Shown here: positions 1-16,026 of the stretch, piece by piece | Position numbering within the stretch: position 1 is the stretch's first letter | Layout of the letters: each line of letters starts with the position of its first letter | Assembly (NCBI GenBank): GCA_951406725.2 | Contig: OX597820.1 | Location: 82,708,001 to 82,772,000 of the forward strand | Length of the DNA: 64,000 nucleotides | Origin: Octopus vulgaris | Taxonomy: Eukaryota | Direction: 5' to 3' | The notes under the pieces: generated by a model | Databases searched by the model: none | What the model was told of the DNA's origin: nothing | The model's input: only the letters and a program-made list of their open reading frames with translations | Position numbers and translations under genes: made by a program

Positions 1-43
1 ATCCACGCACATACATACATATTTATCTATGTTGGTAAGGATG

Positions 44-223
<180 letters not shown>

Positions 224-1211
224 AATGTATACTACGTATGCGGGTGTGTATCTGTTTGTGCGTTTGCGTGTATATGCATATATGTTTGATTCCACGCAGA
301 TCCGTTATCTCCGACAAGTACACACACACACACACACGCGCGCGCGCGCATACACCACACTCATATATCTAAACATATATATTATACATACATGTACTTT
401 AAGTTCGATAGAAAAGGTAGATATATTTTGAGATTGGTATAAAAGTGAATGGATAGAAACATGTAAAGGAAATCGAGAAATGTTAAAAGGGGAATCAGAC
501 GTTAAGAATATTCATGCATTGATATACGCACATAAATATACATATATTCAGGCATTGTACGAGAAAGTATATATATATAGAATTGCGTGCGTATGTGAGT
601 TTTTAAATGGATGTGTGTGTGTGCGCGCGCCTGTTGCTATGTTCGTGTTTGCCAGTGTTCTTGCAAGTGTGTTCTTCGTGAATGTGCAAATGTATAAAAT
701 TTATGAATATTCCAATGTTAAGTATGATAAATTAAATCTTGTCAAAGCAGATAAGAGATAGAAAAAATATCTATGAATTTAAATGAATATCGGAACACAC
801 GCAGACACATACACGTATACACCACCGTATACACATTCAACGCACTACAACAACAAACACTCCCATACATACATAGAAATATACACATACATGTGTGTGT
901 GCATGTGTAGGTGTGTGTGTTTCAGGGTTGTTCAATGACTTGAGAAAAGAGTGAAGTGACAAGCTCTTATGCTACGCTGGAAAAGAGTAGACTTGATTCA
1001 ATTATTCACAGGTTCTTATAGTTCACTTGTTTGATGCTATGAACTGTTACATCTCGGATCAAAATTTGCATCGTGTGTCAAACATTATAATACTTCTGGC
1101 TTGCGATTTAATATAATTGTGAGTACAGATATAAGGATACACATTTATGTGTGTATGTAATACACACACACACACACGTGTATACATACATATATAAACA
1201 CATGATTCTTT

Positions 1212-1378
1212 AGCACGCCAGGCATTTCTTCCGTCTTTACGTTTTGGGTTCAAATGCGGCCGGAGTAAATTTTGCCTTTCACCTTTTCGGGCTCTATAAA
1301 ATAGATACCAGTAGGACACTGGGGTCGATTTAATCAATTTAGCCCCTACCCTGAAATTGTTAGCTTTGCTCGAAACCA
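1212..1378 (+). mobile_element. Degenerate tRNA-derived SINE, family A (core GAGTTCAAATTCCGCCGAGGTCGACTTTGCCTTTCATCCTTTCGGGGTCGAT)
   Basis: Matches the better-preserved copies at 38094-38315 and 60286-60515. Confidence 0.8.
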
Positions 1379-1419
1379 GCACACACACACACACACACAC
1401 GCATATATGTATTTATGAA

Positions 1420-3203
1420 CGCACCAGTCCTTTGGACGGTTTAAGTTGCTTTGGCAGTATTTTTTTTCACCAAATAACTGAACTACCAAGAAGGTTTATG
1501 AGTAGCGCGGCAATCTATGTTTCCGATTAACCTAGGAACAGAAGACCAAACTGAAGACTGATTATTGTGGAGGCCGTTGCACATTAATGAGCATAGAACA
1601 TATAAGGTTGCAAGCGATACAAAATAAAGCTACTGAAGTGTTTTGGGAGTAGATTTTGTGATAATGACTACAAACTATAGTTGTTCTACTAGAAAGTGAA
1701 ATTGTTTGTTAGATTCAGCCATATAAATGGTGTAAGAAAATTGAAGGAAGACGTTGAATCTCCCCCTCTGCGAGTTTTTCAGTGAGAAATATGGCTGCTA
1801 CGTTCAAAACTGGTAATATAATACCTACTTGAAAAAGTAGAGTTAAAGGAATGTATTTGTTACTTGCTTACAGTGTACGACAGTTCTGAAATTGACTTCA
1901 GGTAAGGAAAAATGAAGACATGAAGAGTTTGACTTCAGTTCACGAATACTACTTTGAACCTTTAGCATTTTGCAGTGAAAGGACGTCGCGTTGAAACGCA
2001 GAATGATAAATGTGTAGTTGCAATGACGGTAAAAGTGAACAGGATACACGTATATACGTACACAAAATAACCAGCATGAGTCTTATTGTGAGCAAAGAGT
2101 TTACTTAGAGTAGTCCTCCTGCCTATGACGACAGTCATTAATGAGCTATCATGAAGGATTGAAAGGGATCATGTCCGCCGGTAATGCACAATGAAAACTA
2201 GAGAATGATTGCATTGTATTCGAGTTTTTAGCCATTCAGACCAAAGTCGGAATATTGCCCAGTCCACACCGAGAGGGTGCAAATTCCCTTGCCAATCCGT
2301 GCTGTACCACGTCGGTGTATCGAAAGAGCTTCTAAAGAGTTAAAATGTTGATGCATTGGTGAAGGAGGTAGCCATATAGGTAACGGTGTGGTTTCATCAG
2401 GAGGGCAGTGCAGAACTGCATTTTCGTCATTTTGTGGCTGATTAAAGCATCCTTGGTGCTCTACGATAGACGTTCGGTCACTCTCTATGATAACTTTGAA
2501 GTTAGGCTCGTCTGTATGTCAGTGTTGTATAGCAATTTTGAAGCCCCTCCCGTATCGGTTGGTGGTGTGGAGCATTTCCTGAAATTAATTCAAAAGAGGC
2601 ATTTTTGCTGCAGGTGCCACCTGATCTCGGTGAGCCGTTTTTTCAGTGGTATTTCCCATTAAGCAAATTTGAAGGTTTGGTGTTCAGCGTTGTTGACAGG
2701 AAGAATAGAGCCGATCCGATGATAGGTTTAGCCCTGAATTTTGAACGTTGGCATATAGGAGTCTTCTTGAATGGGTTTGTGACCGAAACTTGTCATCTGA
2801 AAAGCAGAGTTTTAAGTGCGAAATTTTTGTATACATTGCTGCGAATCAGGGTGTTGATCTGGGAGCAAAGAAGATAAATCCCCCTCGAAGAGTGACGTAA
2901 TCCCCGGCAGAATGATAGTTGAGCGCCTTTGATGCCCATCGACTACTCGATGGCTTCCAATAGCCATGAGCAAGAACCATCCGGTGAACATAAGATTAAA
3001 AAAGTATGGAAGACCCTATATACAAAAAGCTATGTTCATTTACGTCTAGGAGCTCTAGGGAAAATGTTATAGTGCATGTCCATCCTCGGGACATAAGTGA
3101 TGTGTGTGTAAAGTTTGGTGAAAATCGGTTGAGAATTGTGGAAATGTATACGTTAGTTATACACACACATACTGTAATTTATATATACTATATATATATT
3201 AGA
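1420..3203 (-). mobile_element. Decayed Helitron (5' end plus Rep/helicase N-terminal remnants)
   Basis: Minus-strand translation at ~2650-2850 gives NSAFQMTSFG and SYMPTFKIQG*TYHRIGSILP, typical of the Helitron Rep N-terminus. The 5' terminus A|TC at 3203 is followed by ...CAACCGATTTTCACCAAACTTT, a Helitron-like subterminal motif. The left boundary is uncertain and no 3' CTAG/hairpin was found. Confidence 0.8.
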
Positions 3204-3281
3204 TAATAAAACGAATGGTTTACAGCTGGTAGCTTACTGGTAAAGCACGATCACTTTCACGATGTTCGTTATGTAGATGGT

Positions 3282-4165
3282 GAATGAAAAACGGAAGCTG
3301 GAATATACGGGAATTTTTAATAACCACAACAATTGTTTCGACATTCTTTTTAATAAGTATATATAACTCTTCTCCGAGGAATCCCTCTGTATTCTGTGGA
3401 CCAATGAGAAGATCATTAATAGAATTTCTGAAAGACTGTCAAGATACCTACCTGCCTATAAATGGACATTCGCTCAATGCAATGGGAATGAATTGAGTAA
3501 CTGTCAACATAATTTACTTGCTGCCGTTACGTTGTGAGTTCAAATTCCGCCGAGGTCGACTTTGCCTTTCATCCTTTCGGGGTCGATGTAATCGACTTAA
3601 TACCTATGTCTGTCCTTGTTTGTCCCCTCTGTGTTTAGCCCCTTGTGGGTAGTAAAGAAATAGGTATGGATGAATGAAGTTTAGCTTCAACCTCCCCATT
3701 CTTATAAACATCAAGTAGCTATTTAACTCGCCATGTGAACCTGTGTGCACTAAACCATGTGTGCGTATGCTTACATTTTCGTGTATGAGCGAGCGTACGC
3801 GCGTCATGCATCTTGCGCGAGGGCAGTTATGCATCCATATCTGTAAGCCGTTATTTTTTATACTTTTCTCACTGTATTGCATGTTCATTTCTTTTTTGCA
3901 TCTGTTATTTTATCATTCATCTTCTATATAAATGAAGATGTATCTTTTGTTTTCAGGCATCTCTTTCTACAAAATGAGAAGATACATTGCGGAACTGATA
4001 TTTTAACGAATTATACCTATTTACCACCCGATGACACACATCTGCACCACTGAATGCTCTTGAACCATTTGTTATGTGTTCCACCCGTGAGGAAACGGTG
4101 CTAGATGTGTCGAAAATGTGAATAATAAAAAATTCTCGTATATTCCAACTTCCGTCTTTCATTTA
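3282..4165. repeat. Inverted repeat pair (~60 bp arms at 3282-3345 and 4105-4165) enclosing a SINE
   Basis: Arms translate as MKNGSWNIREF (+) and MKDGSWNIREF (-); the left arm carries GAAACAATTGTT on the minus strand. Confidence 0.75.
3520..3665 (+). mobile_element. SINE family A, partial
   Basis: GAGTTCAAATTCCGCCGAGGTCGACTTTGCCTTTCATCCTTTCGGGGTCGA core. Confidence 0.9.
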
Positions 4166-4371
4166 GCACATATATGAGTACATATTTCCTTACGCGCACA
4201 CACATATAAGTATATACAGATATCCCTGCATCTCGGTCACCACGGTTACGGAATTTCGATCTTATGACCACTAATTTCAGGATAAAGCCTGCAAATTCAT
4301 CCTTAGAGAAACTCGGATAAGTTTTAATTTTAAAAACTACACCATCTTACCCAAAAGGCCACCTTATATAT

Positions 4372-4555
4372 GTCTGTGGTTGTCCCCCACCCACTATCGC
4401 TTAACAACCGATGATGGTGTGTTTACTTCCTCGTAACATAGCGATTCGGCAACAGGGGCCGCTAGAATATGTATTAAGTTTACAAAGAATTTGTTCGACT
4501 AAAGGCGGTGCTCCATTTTGACCGAAGTCAAATGACTGAAACAAATAAAATAATA
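4372..4555 (+). mobile_element. SINE family B, 3' half
   Basis: Ends GGCGGTGCTCCA...GTCAAATGACTGAAACAAATAAAA; reverse complement of the copies at 17690, 22680 and 24185. Confidence 0.85.
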
Positions 4556-4861
4556 AGAGAATATATATATATATATATATATAGATAAGAAAGTTTGTTT
4601 GGTAAAGCACGTGGGTGAATATATAAGAAAATAGTAAAGTGTGAAAAAACGACAGAAGGCTTAAATGTTAAAAAATATATATATTTGTGTCAAAATGTCT
4701 GGAGAATATTGGAAAAATTTTTTTCCTTTCCTTAAAATGACATAATTTTAAAATTTTTAAAGAAATTACCGGTTTCGCGTGTAGCTTTTCAAATTTCTTG
4801 TGACGTTATGTTTATATTGCATGGAGTTATCGTTGTATTTATTTTCAGGAGATTTCTAAAT

Positions 4862-4924
<63 letters not shown>

Positions 4925-4999
4925 GTGTGTTTGTGTGTGTATGTATATACGCGTGTATATATATGTGTGTATATATGTATATATGCGTGAGTGTATGAG

Positions 5000-6474
5000 T
5001 GTTAAAGAAGAAAATGAAGAATTTTAACAGATAACATCAATTCATTAACATATTGTCAACTTCGATTTGGATACAATTGTTTCCATATCCTACTGACTCA
5101 AATTACAAATTTATAAATTAAAATTGCATTTTGAAAATTGCAAGTTAAATATTTTGTCAGGACGAAAAATTGACACAAAAGAAATTACATCTTAATTGAT
5201 TGAGTCTTCCCAACAGACTAAACATATCACCTTTCGTATATTTATGTGTGCGTATGTTTAAGAAACAGAAGAAACTGTTATAAGTGTGTCGGTTTTTTTT
5301 AGTTTTTGTCTGCGTCTGTGTGTCAACATGCTTAGAAACAAAAGAACTCTTAAATTTGCATATGTATTATTTTCTGTTATGGTCAACAGTAAGTTAATCT
5401 ATAAATTTCCTTTAATAGATATTATCAACTGTGAGAACATGAAAAGAGAGTATAATTTATATTAATTAATTATTTTCTAAGTTAATTAGCCATAATTATT
5501 GGTGCGAAGGGTAAATTTTTATTCATTAAATTAATTTAATTTCTATTAAACTGGGGTAGATTTTATGATATATCATGTGATCGGGTTAGGTTTTATTATA
5601 GCTTACTTTGAATAGGGCTTCGCGTTCCACGACCTCAAAATTTGTGTTGCAATTATTTTTATTATTAGACTAATATCATAGGTCTACATTCAAGAACATA
5701 TATTATTATATTACCCAATTATATTTATCAATTAATTGATTTATATTTTATTCTATTATTTGTTGTTTTAATTCATTTTAATTGTATATTTTAAAAATAT
5801 TTTTAGACACATATTTAGATGAATGCGTGCAAGATAATCTTCTTGCTCGTAAACTATTTAGAAGTTAAAATCAGGAAGATTTCATCAATGCATAAATTAC
5901 TGTTTATCCCCTATTTCGTAGGGTTTTGTATGGCTTATTATTTCTCATTTTAGGCTATGGTCTTTAATTTTGTCTTTTCTCTCACATATTTCTTTGATTA
6001 AATTGGTGCTGGTTAATTTGTCTTTGTTGCTATACGTGCTTTCATGGTTGGTAATTCTTTATATAATTTTCCGTGCAACATATGTAATAATTTATTCCCT
6101 CTAATTCTCCTCTTATATTACGTGTTGTTGCTTGTAAACAATTTTAAACGGGCAGTTATTTTTAAATTTGCCAACACAACTTTTATTTACGGTTGTCATT
6201 ATAAAAATACTAACAGGCACATGCACGCATACATATACGACCGTTGATATGTTTAGTCTGTTGAGAAGACTCAATCAATTAAGATATATTAACTTTTGTT
6301 TCAATTTTTCGCTCAGGTGGAATATTTAACTCGCAATTTTCAAAATGCAATTTTAATTTGTAAGCTTGTAATTTGAATGAGTTGGATATGGAAACAATTG
6401 TAGGTAGATCTAAATTGACAATATGCTAATAAATTGATGTTTTCTGTTGAAGCTCACCATTTTCCTTTTCAACA
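5000..6474 (-). mobile_element. Decayed Penelope-like element bounded by ~230-bp inverted repeats (5000-5229 and 6245-6474)
   Basis: Arms align visibly. The interior minus strand gives only weak PLE-like remnants (NKPYK, ALFKVSY). Each arm carries GAAACAATTGTA. Confidence 0.65.
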
Positions 6475-6832
6475 TAGACTGATGTCTTGCAAACAGCTTG
6501 CATATGCAAGTGCTACCAGTCAAAAGCTCCTTATACCGGAAGCCAGCAAGTGTATGGGGTCATCAGGAGAGAATGTGCGCCGTTTCGGGGCCTACCTCTC
6601 GACAGCATAAATGCGTACCGGCTCCCCTCACTGATATGAGGCCGCGCTTGCTATATACATCGAAGTGAAACAAACATCTATTAAAATATACTCGGACTCC
6701 GTAATATTTGTGCCTATTATTAAACAATAGACACCAATACTAATAAGTAAAACGTGACTCAAGTATTTCATCGATATAAACCTGAGAAATTTGTGTGTTA
6801 ACATCCCTTTTAAGAGGAATCTGTATCCTCGC

Positions 6833-6881
<49 letters not shown>

Positions 6882-7300
6882 CACACTCACGTACACCAAA
6901 ATCAATGCAAAAACCAACATTATTAAACTACCAACTTCTTCATGACAATCAACAACGACGGTAACGATAGCAGGAACAAGATGATAAGCAACCGCATCTG
7001 AAACAGTAACATGAGATCATGTATCTTGGTGTATTTCAAAAGTTGAAAGACATTTCTTTCACTTTAGGTTAATGAGGATTGACTTGAGGCGAACATCAAC
7101 AAAAATATCGATGCAACCTCCCAAAACATTCCCCTCAAACCTCCAGTTCCTAACTCTGTCACCAAAAACTAATAAAACCAATACAAAGATCACCTCCACT
7201 ACCACCAACTCGGAAACGTTTGAATAACTAAATGGCAACATCTATAATAATATCAGCATTATAGCAATATCTGTAGCTACACATATAAGTTGACACAACG

Positions 7301-7337
<37 letters not shown>

Positions 7338-7589
7338 CATGTTAATAGGATGTGGAGATTTTATGGCTTAAGTCAGAGAATCAAAGGGGTGAATTGACCT
7401 TGAACCTGAGAACTCTTCAACTAACTGTAATCATACAATATATCTTCACACTCGCTCCTTCATTTCTTCAGTTTTTCGTTTCTATTCTTACATACGTAAA
7501 AAAAATAAGACATTTCCCCCTCACAATAATGTTCTGTCCTGGTGCTATTTTATTCACTAAATATCTATTTTAGATAACTATTGACCACT

Positions 7590-10097
7590 GTTGTTTTATG
7601 TAGAATTGAAAAGGTATCGAAAGAATTCATCAGAGGAAAGCGAAGGCAGTATGGCGAAAGGAGACCGACCATAATATCATTATACTGGATATTGAACTCA
7701 ACGTTGTATAAAGGCTTGATCTGGGAGAAAAATCAGTCATTTTACTAAAATATATAAAAAAAAGTTTAGAACTATGATTTTTCAAGAAAGAATACCGGAA
7801 TCACTGTTTATAACTTGAAAAACGCGTCTGGGGCTTCTTCTAAGGGAAGGGAATGCCACAGGTGATATGAAATTAAAATCTACTCTTCTATCACTCTGAA
7901 ACCCCAACGGCTTCTAGGTGTAACATATTCAAATAAAAAGGCATGGATGTCTAAGAGCATTTTTGAAGAAAGACTTGCAAACATGTTTTGTCTTGCTGTA
8001 TCAGGGCCTGCTGGACTCATCCACTATAACTTCTTAATACCCGGAAAAACCATTAATGCAGAAACATATTGTCATGAAACTGCCAATATGAACAAAAAAC
8101 TGCTACTCTTCCATCAACAGAAGAGGGCCAATCATTCTTCATGAGAAGGCTCAACCACACAGTTTTCAGTAATTACACCCCAGAAGTTGAGGGAACTTGG
8201 CTACGAATTCTTCCCCCACGCAGATTATTCCTCAGACCTTTCCACAGACTACCACATTTTCAAACACCTTGATGACTTCCTGTGAGAGGAGTTCAAAAAA
8301 CCAAAACGATGTTGAAAGTGTGTTCAAAGGGTTCATAAGCTCCAGAACTCCAGATTTTTATGCTACCGGAATAAAAAAAAACTTGTAACTCGTTAGCAAA
8401 AATGTGCTGATTGTAATGGTACTTACTTTGACGTATAAAATTTCCGCATTGTTGAAATATATTGTGATGAATTTCATGTTTCAAAAGGTTACTTACTTTT
8501 TACACGGTCTGATATTATATATAGACAAAGCAGTTATAAGTGAAGCAAAAGCTATAAAGAATAGCATGGATAGAATACAAGACATATTCCCACACTCGTG
8601 GATAAGTGAATGTTTGAGTATATTCAATATCACAGACAACACAAGAGAATTAATTAGATTTAGCATGAAGAAATGGGAAGTAGATCTCTATTCAGATGAT
8701 AGAGTATTAGGAGAGGTTAATATCAAGAGAATAATTTTCCAATGAGACTCGTTATTCTTTTTAATATTTGCTTATATTTAATACCCCTCAGTTTAATATT
8801 AAGGAAGGGAAATGTAGGATATCATTTCAGAAATAGTAAGGGAAAATTTAATTATTTGCTCTATAAGGGGGAAGTTATAAGAAGGGGGAAGTTATAAGTA
8901 TCTAGGAGTATTAGAATATGAAAGAGTACTAACTATAGAAATGAAAACACAAATTGAACACATAGGTCCGAATCTAGTGAAGGCATCTACTTGGGTAGAG
9001 TCGTTACTTAGATACTCCGCAGCTTTTGTAGATTGGACAAAATCTGAATTAGCAAAGCTAAACAAGAGAGCGAGGAAGGAATTCAATATGAACGGGTGAC
9101 TCCACCGAAAAGTAAAAGTATTAAGTTTATACTTAACTAGAAAAGAAGGTGGAAGAGGGTTAATATCAGCAGAAGACTGCGTGGAGTTAATTAGAGTAGA
9201 TATAATCTAGGTAATAATGAAGAAAATTTATTAATAGCTGCTAGAGTCACAGCAAGACATAGGAAAACCAAAAAGTTAGAAACCAAAAAAAAAGAAAGAA
9301 AGAACAAAAGTTATCTGGCAGCAAGAGAAGGCATTGCATGGTAGATTCTCAAAGAAAGTTGCAGGAAATAGTAATGAGATATAGTTATGGTTGCTGAAAA
9401 GAAGGCTGAAAAGGGAGACAAAACGTTTGTTAGTAGCAGCACAACATCAAGCATTAAGGACTAATTGGATAAAAGTCAACATATACAAAAATTATTCCCA
9501 AAGTTGGTTATGCAACTCAAAAGAGGAAAGTTTTACTCATATAGTAAGTGAATGTAGCATGCTGGCGCAGAAAGACATGGCCACCCACGGAGAGTAATCC
9601 ACGAGGAGTTATGTAGACAGCTAGGATGTAACCATATTGATAAATGGTATGAACATGAACCTAGTAAAATACTGGAAAGTAAGAAATTCAAGACTGACAG
9701 AGTAATAGAAACCAGAAAACCTGATTTAGTAGTAGTAAAGAGAATAGAAAATGTAAGATATAGACTTTACAGTCCTGAATGATGAAAAAAATTAATGTAG
9801 GGGGGTGTAGAAAAATACTAAAGTACCAGGGCCTAGCCATTGAATTACAGAGACTATGGAAAGTGAGGGTAAAATGTATCCCAGTAGTTATAGGTGTACT
9901 GGGAACTATCCCTAAAGATATTTTAACAGATGGATAGAGGAAATAGGCATAAAACCCAATTTAGTACAGCTTCAGAAAACAATGTTATTAGGGACAGCTA
10001 GGATACGTAGGACGGTTCTTGACATCTAAGGTTACTTGTTGTAGCCCGATGTTAGGATTTTTCTTATTCCAACCGTCTAATTTGTTGAACGTAAATG
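7590..10097 (+). mobile_element. Dong/R4-type non-LTR retrotransposon (RT plus RLE), decayed, interrupted by a mariner
   Basis: PHSWISECL, IFQ*DSL, YKYLG, LLVAAQHQALRT, C..KEESFTHIVSEC, KPDLVV, KYQGLAIELQRLW, PVVIGVLG, QKTMLLGTARI; followed by a (TAA)n tail. Confidence 0.88.
7930..8514 (+). mobile_element. mariner transposon, 3' half (transposase pseudogene)
   Basis: GLIHYNFLIPGKTINAETYC and PDYSSDL..DYHIFKHL (YSPDL motif); TIR-like end near 8490-8514. Confidence 0.85.
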
Positions 10098-10224
<127 letters not shown>

Positions 10225-10650
10225 ATTGCTTTTCATAGCTTCTAACACTGGAGATGTACTACGGTGTCAGCTGTTCACTACCAGTGAACTAAAGTAAAAC
10301 CTCTTATTTTTCGAGCGCCTTCCGGAGTATTCGAGCGGTTCGAAGAAGTGCTGTTTTCTGCAAGTGCTCCACCCTTATTGCAGCCCAGATTTGTTCCATG
10401 TACTTCTCGAGATTTTTACTCACTCTTCCCAGGGCTCGGACAAGTATTGGTACCACTACTAACTTTTTCATCGACTACAACTGCTTTACCTCCCAAGCTA
10501 ACCTGTCATACCTATCGACTTTTCTTTCTTCCTTATAGCATAACTTATCAGCTGGACATGCTATATCTATGATCCAGCATAGTTTGCTTTCTTTCTCAAT
10601 TAAGATCATGTATGGCTTCATATTCTCTATCTCATGGTCGCACTGAGCCT
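10225..10650 (-). mobile_element. Dong/R4-type LINE 3' fragment (same family as 60985-61430)
   Basis: Minus strand encodes VEHLQKTALLRTARILRKALE; the 3' UTR matches 61350-61430. Confidence 0.85.
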
Positions 10651-10678
10651 AGTATTATCATCAGCATCATCATCATTA

Positions 10679-13290
<2,612 letters not shown>

Positions 13291-13311
13291 AGAGAGTTAT
13301 TATTATTATTA

Positions 13312-13647
13312 TTGAGAGAGCAGTGCATGCCATCAAAGTGACACTGGGGTAAAATATACGAAGCCTAATATACCCATCATGACTACCCGTCTGATAAGGG
13401 TACACCAGGCACATGCATCACAACCATATGTGCGCGACATGGTGATCTGATATCAAGATAAACAGTGCATGACCTTGCAGGTGGGGCCCAGTTAGAATTT
13501 TCTTCAGGTCTAGTAGCCCATCCTGGTCAAAAGGTCCCCGAATAAGGATTGTTTAAGGATGTTGAACGAAACACCCCTGTTTCCAAAGGTGAATTATTCA
13601 AACCCCAAAGAATCCCTCTCAACTCATGGCTATGATGCTCCCCCACC

Positions 13648-13648
<1 letters not shown>
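13312..13648 (-). mobile_element. Non-coding (AAT)n-tailed retroposon (family C), 3' part
   Basis: Reverse complement of 61850-62187; flanked by (ATT)n on both sides. Confidence 0.85.
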
Positions 13649-13737
<89 letters not shown>

Positions 13738-13749
13738 CATTATTATTAT

Positions 13750-14335
13750 TGAGGTGGCATACTGGCAGAAATGTGAACACATCGGATAAAATGCTTAGCG
13801 CCATTTCGTCAGTTTTTACGTTTCTACGTTCAATTTCCGCTCAGGTCCCACGGTGCCTTTCATTCTTTTAGGCTCGATAGAATAAGTAATTTTAATACTG
13901 CGGTCGTTGTAATCGATTACTACTCTCATCTAGAATTTTAGTAGAAAAAGTTAGAGTTATTACTTTCAAGGTTGTGAACTGGCAGCGTCGTGCTGAAATA
14001 CCACCGTGGTCAACCTTTATCCTTTTGGGTCCATAAAACCAGTACCAGTCCATCAGTGCGGTTGATGCAATTGACTACCTCCCTCCTCATAAATTTCAGG
14101 TATTTTCCTTTTAGTAAAAAGATTATAAATATTTTTGATTCAATGAAACCGGCGAGCTGGTAGAATAATTATCGCACCCTGCAAATTGCATTCTGAGTTC
14201 AAATTCTGCCGAGGTCGATTTTTGCCTTTCACTTTTTTGGGTTCGATAAAATGAGTACCAGTTGAGCAATTGATTCGATATAATTGACTCACCGCACTCA
14301 AATTGCTGGCCTTGTGCCAAAATTTGAAGTCAATA
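13750..14335 (+). mobile_element. Three tandem SINE family A copies
   Basis: Core repeated near 13830, 14005 and 14195, separated by ATT-rich spacers. Confidence 0.8.
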
Positions 14336-15011
14336 TTATTGATGCAATCGTTTCTATTATAACCATTTTTCTTTTGCAGACTAGGCTAGGTGCCAGTGAT
14401 CATCTTTTACGGAGATGTATGATGTAAGTTCACTGGAAATGATATAGAATTAATCTGTCTGGTAACGTTTTACCCCAGAAGAAATTTATATCAATACTGT
14501 GAAGCTAACGAACACATACTAAAGGTATAATACTACAGATGCTTATAGGAAAGACATCACTGTGCAGTCTATCATAGCTACGTGGATGATTGTTTGATGT
14601 TTTGTCCAATAACAAAAAGTAGTGCCTGTTATAGCACATGAATATACTTCGAAATTGATATGATATGTTATATCATTCAAAGCCCTTTACTCAATATGTT
14701 AGATGTGATTAAATCAACAAAGCTATGTACTTAAATTGGTGATTGTCGTGTCTCCACATTGCTATTCTCTTAAAATCTTTCTCTTTTCCTGGCACTGCTA
14801 TTTCATTATAGGATTCCCTGTAGAGCCGACGAACTGGTTTCCATGGTGAAATCATTAGCCATCCGAAAGACCTTTGCTATACAAAAGTTAGTTGTAGTAG
14901 GCCTGTGTAATTCAATAAAAAGCATTAACTTACCAAATCAATGGAAAATAAGAGATAAGAAAACCTAATAAGTTTCACATAACTCTCCCACAAACATATA
15001 TGTGTATATGA

Positions 15012-15077
<66 letters not shown>

Positions 15078-15084
15078 ACACCAA

Positions 15085-15115
<31 letters not shown>

Positions 15116-15809
15116 ATATATATATATACACAAATACACACACACACATATATATAACTGTAAATGCATAGATATATATGTACGTATCTATAAGTGTAGA
15201 TGCATATAAAGTGATAACAAGGTAGAGAGAAGGCTATATGAGTGTGTATATATGTATGTATGTAACCGCACACACACACACACACGTATATAGATACACA
15301 TGAACATATAATGCATAAATATATATGTATGCATATGTGTATATGTGTGTTTGTCTGTGTGAGTGAGTTAGTGAGTGAGTGTGTGTGTGTGTGTGTTTAG
15401 TAATGTTATTAATTTAGGAAATGGATTCATTTATATGTTATTTTATTTTATACCACTTTTCCCCTACTTTTCTAAATTGTCTCACCAGGCGAGACAACAC
15501 TGGAATCCGCAATACAAATACGATTGCTATAGAAAAAAAGAAGACAATTTTTGTATGTGCTCTATGTAAGTTGAATAATTCATTGGAAAAATGCAATTGC
15601 TAATTTTATATTCCTTCACTAATATGGTTGTGTAGTAATTTTATACCGTCATGCTCCTGTGTTCCACATCTCAGTGCGAAACTCCGGGCAAATTTCTTCT
15701 ACCAAGCAGTGAGCATAACAGATACTTTATGAATAATATTTAAAAGAAAACTGTGCAATAAATACATTACATGCACACACACACACGCACACTCACACAC
15801 GTATGTATT

Positions 15810-16020
15810 GGTTTCAAATTTTGGCACAAACCCAGCAATTTCGACTGTGTGGATAAGTTGATTACATCAATCACAGTGCACAGTTGGTACCTATTTTATC
15901 GACCCCAAAATGCTGAAAGGGAATGTCAACCTTGGCGGAAATTGAATTCAGAATCTACTGACGGATGAAATACCGCTAAGCATTTTGTCCGGAGTGCTAA
16001 TAATTCTGCAAGCTTGCCAG
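15810..16020 (-). mobile_element. SINE family A
   Basis: ...GTCAACCTTGGCGGAAATTGAATTCAG... is the reverse complement of the core. Confidence 0.8.
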
Positions 16021-16026
16021 TTTATA

